Position numbers and translations under genes: made by a program
The notes under the pieces: generated by a model
Databases searched by the model: none
What the model saw: the letters and a program-made list of their open reading frames with translations, nothing else
Told to the model about the DNA's origin: nothing
Shown: in pieces, positions 57,896-64,000 of the stretch
How the letters are laid out: each line of letters begins with the position of its first letter
Numbering within the stretch: position 1 is the stretch's first letter
Assembly: GCA_965207885.1 (NCBI GenBank)
Contig: OZ242311.1
Span: forward strand, 6,016,001 to 6,080,000
From: Candidatus Latescibacterota bacterium
GTDB taxonomy: Bacteria > Latescibacterota > UBA2968
Reading direction: 5' to 3'
Length of the DNA stretch: 64,000 nt

Positions 57896-60319
57896 ATGGA
57901 GAAACCGATGCGGAATATAGTTCTGTCAATTTTATCAACACTCGCCCTTCTGATGTCCCCCCTGTCTTTGTCGGCACAAAATACCTTTTCCCTCTCGCTG
58001 GATGTAAATGGTGCGGCGGGAGACCAGGCGGTCACGTCCCTCAATATGTCCACAGATCAGGTTATTGCTATTCAGATCTTCGGCACAGGTATTCAGAATG
58101 CGAACGGTCTTGCTGTGCGCTTTGAATACGACGCGAGTCAGATTGTGTATGCGGGCTTTGATGCCAGCGATGTCGTCTTGCCCAATGCTCAGGCACTCCC
58201 AGAGGAAGGTACAGGTTTTGTCGAAATTGGCATTGCATCTCTGGGTGGTCAAGCAACTGCCAATAGCGGTCTGGTAGGTACAGTTCGTTTTCGCACAACG
58301 GCTGGATTTTCAGGCACAGCGATTCGGTTGGTGCGTGCAGAACTAAGTCGGGGTGGGCAATTTGAGACTGTAACCATGGATGTGCGCGTTGCGTTACAGT
58401 TTCAAGCCGTTACGCCAGACTTTAATGGCGATAGTGTGGTTAATTTCGCCGACTTTTTGGCGTTTGCGGGTCAGTTTGGGGCACGTCAGGGCGATGGGCG
58501 ATATGAAGCGAAGTACGATCTGGACAGCGATGGCGCGGTTGGTTTTGGCGATTTTCTGCTCTTTAGCAGTAGCTTTGGCAAAGAGGTCTCTACGCCTAAC
58601 GATGGTGGCGGTGGAATGGAAACGCAGGTTACCATTCCGGATGCGAATCTGCGCACAGCAATCGAGTTCTCACTGGGTAAGGCGAGGGGTGCGTTGATCA
58701 GCAGGGCAGAGATGGCGAGTTTGACAAGCCTTGAGGCATCGAACTCGGATATTCGCGATTTAACTGGACTCGAATTTGCAACTGGTCTGACATCGCTGAA
58801 CCTTTCCGATAATCTCATCTCGGACCTCACACCTCTGTCGGGCTTAACCAACCTGTCAGTGCTGATTCTTTCCTATAATAGTATCTCGGACCTCACACCT
58901 CTATCGAGCTTAACCAACCTGACAACGCTGATCCTTTCCTATAATACCATCACAGATATCTCGCCGTTGTCGGGCTTGACCAACCTGTCAGTGCTGATTC
59001 TTTCCAGCAATTTATTCTCAGATATCTCGCCGTTGTCGGGCTTGACCAACCTGACATCGCTGAATCTTTCCTATAATAGTATCTCGGACCTCACACCTCT
59101 ATCGGGCTTAACCAACCTGTCAGTGCTGATCCTTTACGACGATACTATGATCAGGGACAGGTCCGTACTGTCGCGCCTGTCCAACCTGTCAGTAGCAGAT
59201 ATCCCAGATGCCAACTTGCGTACGGCGATTAAGATCGCTATGGGCAAGGCTTCAGATGCTCCGATCACCGATTTTGAGATGGCATTTTTGTCAGAGCTTG
59301 AGGCTCCGAACGCGAACATCAGGGATTTGACCGGGCTTGAGTTGGCAACCAGTCTGACGAGTTTGAACCTCGGCACGGAATTTGTGTCTCGTGTGGGTTA
59401 TGTTAATAGTAACCATATTTCCGATTTCTCGCGCTTATCGGGCTTGACCAACCTGACAAGGCTGGATCTTAGCGGCAATTCAATCTCAGACCTTTCAGCA
59501 CTATCGGATGCCATATCAGGCTTGATCAGGCTGGAACGGCTGTATCTTGACAACAACAGCATCTCGGATGTGTCTGCACTCTCAGGATTTACCAGGCTGG
59601 AACGGCTGATTCTTTACAACAACAGCATCTCGGACCTCTCGCCCCTGTCCGGCTTGACCAATCTGGAACAGCTGTATCTTGAAAACAACAGCATCTCGGA
59701 TGTGTCCCCACTGTCAGGTTTGACCAATCTGGCTTGGCTGGGGCTTTCCGCCAACAACATCTCGGATGTGTCCTCACTCTCAGGCTTGCCCAACCTGATA
59801 CGGCTGTTTCTTTACAACAACAGCATGTCGGATGTGTCCTCACTGTCCGGCTTGACCAGTCTGAGAACGCTGGATCTTGACAACAATAGCATCTCGAACA
59901 TCACACCTCTGTCAGGCTTGACCAGCCTGACATCACTGCTTCTTTCTCGGAACAATATCTCGGATATATCTGTGCTGTCCGGCTTGACCAATCTATTGTC
60001 GCTGACTCTTTTCAGAAACAACATCTCGGATATATCTGCCCTGTCTGACTTGACCAATCTGAGATCGCTGACTCTTTCCAGCAACAACATCTCGGATCTT
60101 TCGCCTTTGGTTGCAAATACTGGATTGGGCAGTGGAGATGTGGTTCGTGTGCAGAATAATCCGCTGAGTGCGACATCAATCAATACGCACATTCCAATCC
60201 TTCGGGACAGAGGGGTTGATGTGAGTTTTGGCGCGTCGAAGCCCGCGGTGGAGAAGGAAGAGCGAGGCATTTTCCGTGGAATGATGGAATCGTTGGAGAT
60301 TGAGGAAAGGGGGAACTGA
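57896..60319 (+). CDS. Secreted LRR protein with cohesin-like and dockerin-like domains
   Basis: Signal peptide; beta-rich domain (RFEYDA...VEIGIAS...GLVGTVRFRT); PDFNGD repeat; two IPDANLR caps; 22-aa LRRs. Confidence 0.88.
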   Translation: MEKPMRNIVLSILSTLALLMSPLSLSAQNTFSLSLDVNGAAGDQAVTSLNMSTDQVIAIQIFGTGIQNANGLAVRFEYDASQIVYAGFDASDVVLPNAQALPEEGTGFVEIGIASLGGQATANSGLVGTVRFRTTAGFSGTAIRLVRAELSRGGQFETVTMDVRVALQFQAVTPDFNGDSVVNFADFLAFAGQFGARQGDGRYEAKYDLDSDGAVGFGDFLLFSSSFGKEVSTPNDGGGGMETQVTIPDANLRTAIEFSLGKARGALISRAEMASLTSLEASNSDIRDLTGLEFATGLTSLNLSDNLISDLTPLSGLTNLSVLILSYNSISDLTPLSSLTNLTTLILSYNTITDISPLSGLTNLSVLILSSNLFSDISPLSGLTNLTSLNLSYNSISDLTPLSGLTNLSVLILYDDTMIRDRSVLSRLSNLSVADIPDANLRTAIKIAMGKASDAPITDFEMAFLSELEAPNANIRDLTGLELATSLTSLNLGTEFVSRVGYVNSNHISDFSRLSGLTNLTRLDLSGNSISDLSALSDAISGLIRLERLYLDNNSISDVSALSGFTRLERLILYNNSISDLSPLSGLTNLEQLYLENNSISDVSPLSGLTNLAWLGLSANNISDVSSLSGLPNLIRLFLYNNSMSDVSSLSGLTSLRTLDLDNNSISNITPLSGLTSLTSLLLSRNNISDISVLSGLTNLLSLTLFRNNISDISALSDLTNLRSLTLSSNNISDLSPLVANTGLGSGDVVRVQNNPLSATSINTHIPILRDRGVDVSFGASKPAVEKEERGIFRGMMESLEIEERGN

Positions 60320-61893
60320 TGCGTAAACAGATTCTGTTTATCTTATCGACACTCGCGCTTTTAATATATCCGCTATCTCTTTCGGCACAGAATAGTACGG
60401 CGGGCGATCAAGCCCTTACCCCGGATTTTGATGGGAATGGTCAGGTTGATTTATATGATTTTTTGGCGTTTGCAGGTCAGTTTGGAGCACGTCAAGGGGA
60501 TGGGCGTTATGATGCCAGATACGATCTGGATAGCGATGGCGAGATTGGATTTTCCGATTTTCTACTTTTTAGCAGCAACTTTGGCAAAGAGGTGCCTTCC
60601 TCTGGCGGTGATGGTGCAACGATAGTTGCTATTCCGGATGAGAATTTGCGTGCTGTTATCGAGGGTCTTCTGGGCAAGGCGAGCGGTGCGCCGATTACGA
60701 GGGTTGAGATGACGCGCTTGATGCGTATTGAGGCACGGAATGCGAATATCAGGGATTTGACAGGGCTTGAGTTTGCCACTCGTCTGACAATTCTGGATTT
60801 TGGTGCTGAAAGAGTGGAAGGGCAATCTGTCAATAGCAACAGCATCTCGGATCTTTCACCCCTATCAGGTTTAACCAATCTGACGCATTTGTATCTTACC
60901 GACAACGACATCTCGGACGTCACGTCCCTATCGAGTTTGACCAGTCTGGAGAGGCTGAATCTTTCCAGCAACAGTCTCACGGACCTCACGCCTCTATCGG
61001 GTTTGCCCAGTCTGAGATGGCTGAATCTTTCCAGCAACAGTCTCACGGATCTCACGTCCCTATCGGGTTTGACCAACCTGACGTATCTGTCTCTTTCCTT
61101 CAACATCATCTCGGACGTCACGCCCTTATCGGGTTTGACTAGTCTGGGATCGCTGTCTCTTTTCAGCAACGACATCTCGGACATTACGCCCCTATCAGGT
61201 TTGACCCGTCTGAGATCGCTGTCTCTTTCCTTTAACGGTATCTCGGATCTTACATCCCTATCGGGTTTGACCAACCTGACGTATCTGTATCTTAGCGGCA
61301 ACAGTCTCACGGACGTCACGTCTCTATCGGGTTTGACCAACCTGACGTATCTGTATCTTAGCGACAACATCATCACGGATCTTACGCCCCTATCTGGCTT
61401 GATCCGTCTGGAAAGGCTGATTCTTTTTACCAACAGTATCTCGGACCTTTCGCCCTTATTGGGCTTGACCAATCTGAGAACATTGTCTCTTTCCGTCAAC
61501 AGTATCTCGGACCTTTCGCCTCTATCGGGTTTGGACCGTCTGGAGAGACTGTATCTTGATCGCAACAGTATCTCGGATATCACGCCCTTATCGAGCTTGA
61601 CCAGTCTGAGAACATTGTCTCTTCCCGACAACAGTATCTCGGACCTGTCGCCTCTGGTTGCAAACACGGGATTGGGTACTGGAGATTTTGTTGATGTGGA
61701 GCGTAATCCGTTGAGTGCCATGTCATACCAAACGCATATCCCAACCCTTCAGGATAGAGGCGTTATTGTGCTTATTGGTTCGTCGAAGCCCGCAGTGGAG
61801 AAGAAGGAATTGTTGGAGATTGAGGGAAGGGAGATAGGCTATATATATCGCAGGTGGATGGAGGAGGGGAAGGACGTGATTAGCTCAAAATGA
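60319..61893 (+). CDS. Secreted LRR protein with dockerin-like domain
   Basis: Paralogous signal peptide MRKQILFILSTLALL; PDFDGNG repeat; LSGLTNL..L.L..N.ISD repeats. Confidence 0.9.
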   Translation: MRKQILFILSTLALLIYPLSLSAQNSTAGDQALTPDFDGNGQVDLYDFLAFAGQFGARQGDGRYDARYDLDSDGEIGFSDFLLFSSNFGKEVPSSGGDGATIVAIPDENLRAVIEGLLGKASGAPITRVEMTRLMRIEARNANIRDLTGLEFATRLTILDFGAERVEGQSVNSNSISDLSPLSGLTNLTHLYLTDNDISDVTSLSSLTSLERLNLSSNSLTDLTPLSGLPSLRWLNLSSNSLTDLTSLSGLTNLTYLSLSFNIISDVTPLSGLTSLGSLSLFSNDISDITPLSGLTRLRSLSLSFNGISDLTSLSGLTNLTYLYLSGNSLTDVTSLSGLTNLTYLYLSDNIITDLTPLSGLIRLERLILFTNSISDLSPLLGLTNLRTLSLSVNSISDLSPLSGLDRLERLYLDRNSISDITPLSSLTSLRTLSLPDNSISDLSPLVANTGLGTGDFVDVERNPLSAMSYQTHIPTLQDRGVIVLIGSSKPAVEKKELLEIEGREIGYIYRRWMEEGKDVISSK

Positions 61894-61925
61894 GAGCTTG
61901 TCTTGATGAAGAATTGTTGTAATGG

Positions 61926-61959
61926 AAAAGAGCGAGTCTAAAAAGGCGCGCTCTTTTTT
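61926..61959 (+). terminator. Intrinsic terminator
   Basis: AAAAGAGCGAGTCT-AAA-AGGCGCGCTCTTTTTT. Confidence 0.7.
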
Positions 61960-62134
61960 GTTGATAGATTGACGCGATTACTCGGCTAATGCGTGCTGCT
62001 TTCGACGCAAAATATAGGGTAATCCAACTACATATCACAAAATGGAAACTGGGATAAATTTTACGACTTGATATTCTCTAATTCTGAGCTATTTTTTCCA
62101 TTGAGATAGTTTGCCTATGAATAAGGAAAAACCG

Positions 62135-64000
62135 ATGCGTAAACAGATATTGTTTATTTTGTCAACACTCGCGCTTTTGATGTATCCGATGTTTCTTTCG
62201 GTGGATGTAAATAGTGCGGCGAGTGATCAATCCGTTACCCCGGATTTTGATGGCAATGGTATTGTTGATTTTGCCGACTTTTTGGCCTTCACAGGTCTGT
62301 TTGGATCACGTCAGGGCGATGGGCGTTATGATGCCAGATATGATCTGGACAGCGACGGTGCGATTGGCTTTTCTGATTTTCTGATCTTTAGCGGTAGCTT
62401 TGGCAAAGAGGTGTCTTCCCCAAACGTTGACATTCTAGATGCGAACCTGCGTGCGGTCATTGCAGATAGCCTCGGCAAGGCGAGCGGTGCGCCAATCACT
62501 CGGGCAGAGATGGCGAGCTTAAATCGCCTCGAAGCACCGAACAAGAATATTCGCGATCTGACCGGGCTTGAGTTTGCAACTGGTCTGACATTGTTGGATC
62601 TCGGTACATTTTATATGAGCGGTGAGGGTTTTATTAACAGCAATGAGATATCCAACCTTTCGCCCCTATCGGGATTGGCCAGTCTGGAAAGGCTGGATCT
62701 TGACCGCAACAACATATCGGACGTGTCTGCGCTGTCGAGTTTGACCAGTCTGGAATGGCTGGATCTTTACAGCAACAGCATTAGTGATGTGTCTGCGCTG
62801 TCGGGTTTGACCAGTCTGAAATGGCTGGATCTTAGCGACAACCGCATATCGGACATCACACCCCTATCGGGTTTGACCAGTCTGGAATGGCTGTGGCTTT
62901 CTGGGAATAGCATTAGTGATGTGTCTGCGCTGTCGGGTTTGACCAGTCTGGAAACGCTGTCTCTTGCCAGCAACAGCATCTCAGACCTCGCGCCGCTGGT
63001 TGCAAACGCGGGATTGGGTAGTGAAGACAGAGTTTATGTGAGAAATAACCCTTTGAGCACCACATCAATCAACACGCACATTCCAGCACTTGAGAGCAGA
63101 GGGATTGGTGTAAGCTACTCCGGTGGTGTTGATCTGATCGTTGACACGCCTTCGGTAAGCGATATCACTCTGACGGCGGGGCAAATATTCACGCTACAGG
63201 CAACGGTCCGCAATCAGGGGCGTAGTCTATCCGACGCAACGATGTTGTACTACTACCAATCTGACGATGCAATAATATCTTCAAGCGACACACGGATAGG
63301 CAGTGATACCGTTGGCTGGCTATCCAGGTCGGAGAGCAGTTCTGAATCAAACAATGTGTATGCGCCGTCGCGTGCGGGGACTTACTACTACGGTGTGTGT
63401 GTTGCGCCAGTGTCTGGCGAATCGAATACGGATAATAACTGCTCCCCTGGTGTGCGCGTCACGGTCAGCGGCGGCGATGGGAGTATAACGTACGTTGATA
63501 TTCCAGATGCGAACCTGCGTGCAGTCATTGCGGACAGTCTCGGCAAGGCGAGCGATGCGCCGATCAGCAAGACAGAGATGGCGAGCTTAAATCGCCTCGA
63601 AGCACCGGATAAGAATATTCGCGATTTGACCGGGCTTGAGTTTGCCCTCAACCTGACGTTGTTGGATCTCGGTAAGCCGTTTGGTAACAGTAATGAGATC
63701 TCCAATCTTTTGCCGCTGTCGGGTTTGACCAGTCTGGAAGTGCTGGATCTTTCCTTCAACAGCATATCGGATGTGACGCCCCTATCTAACTTGAACAACC
63801 TGAGAGAACTGCATCTTTTCGTCAATAACATATCAGATGTGGGTGCGCTGTCGGGTTTGACCAGTCTGGAAGTGCTGGATCTTTCCTCTAACAGCATATC
63901 AGATGTGTCCGCACTGTCTAACTTGAACAACCTGGAATTGCTGGCTCTTGTCTCCAACGGGATATCGGATGTGTCCGCACTGTCTAACTTGAACAACCTG
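62135..64000 (+). CDS. Third secreted LRR protein (dockerin-like, LRR, CARDB-like, LRR); runs off window end
   Basis: Hand translation MRKQILFILSTLALLMYP...PDFDGNG...DLIVDTPSVSD...VRNQG...GTYYYGVCV...NNCS...IPDANLR. Absent from the ORF track, consistent with no stop before the window end. Confidence 0.85.
   Translation, partial: MRKQILFILSTLALLMYPMFLSVDVNSAASDQSVTPDFDGNGIVDFADFLAFTGLFGSRQGDGRYDARYDLDSDGAIGFSDFLIFSGSFGKEVSSPNVDILDANLRAVIADSLGKASGAPITRAEMASLNRLEAPNKNIRDLTGLEFATGLTLLDLGTFYMSGEGFINSNEISNLSPLSGLASLERLDLDRNNISDVSALSSLTSLEWLDLYSNSISDVSALSGLTSLKWLDLSDNRISDITPLSGLTSLEWLWLSGNSISDVSALSGLTSLETLSLASNSISDLAPLVANAGLGSEDRVYVRNNPLSTTSINTHIPALESRGIGVSYSGGVDLIVDTPSVSDITLTAGQIFTLQATVRNQGRSLSDATMLYYYQSDDAIISSSDTRIGSDTVGWLSRSESSSESNNVYAPSRAGTYYYGVCVAPVSGESNTDNNCSPGVRVTVSGGDGSITYVDIPDANLRAVIADSLGKASDAPISKTEMASLNRLEAPDKNIRDLTGLEFALNLTLLDLGKPFGNSNEISNLLPLSGLTSLEVLDLSFNSISDVTPLSNLNNLRELHLFVNNISDVGALSGLTSLEVLDLSSNSISDVSALSNLNNLELLALVSNGISDVSALSNLNNL

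Noticed and set aside
60507-61721. 404-aa antisense ORF and similar ones at 59812 and 63388
   Set aside because: Shadow frames of the LRR repeats.
57896-64000. Diversity-generating retroelement acting on the LRRs
   Set aside because: No reverse transcriptase or adenine-specific TR/VR pair is visible in the window.

Overview
Bacterial chromosomal window, about 50% GC. Many secreted proteins carry EF-hand/dockerin-like modules and internalin-type LRRs, and there is a GWxTD protein and a PL8 chondroitin lyase. This repertoire suggests a host-associated, possibly sponge-symbiont, Latescibacterota/Gemmatimonadota-like organism (inference, low-moderate confidence). Backbone genes: yggT (partial), M16 peptidase, DASS and ABC transporters, rsmD, fused glyQS, pyrB, surE, DapA family, a two-component system, moaB and a transketolase-like protein. 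A defence-type accessory island spans about 27.7-41.4 kb: PLD-SNF2 helicase plus N6-MTase, a frameshifted HEPN/AbiJ-like gene, a Clp-fold protease, orphan antitoxins, a DprA-like gene and an AAA/DUF4143 ATPase. Three features missed by the ORF track stand out. (1) A 431-bp ORF-less IS200/IS605 mini-element (31658-32088) has its own promoter, a structured RNA cargo and an omegaRNA scaffold homologous to that of an intact TnpB element 13 kb away (44986-46277); both sit next to TCAC. (2) A DUF5069-like gene has an in-frame UGA at the expected Cys position plus a SECIS-like hairpin (18558-18833). (3) An intergenic cluster of small hairpin RNAs has mutually complementary CCCUCCC/GGGAGGG loops (3200-3600). 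All family assignments come from motif recognition by eye; no database searches were run.
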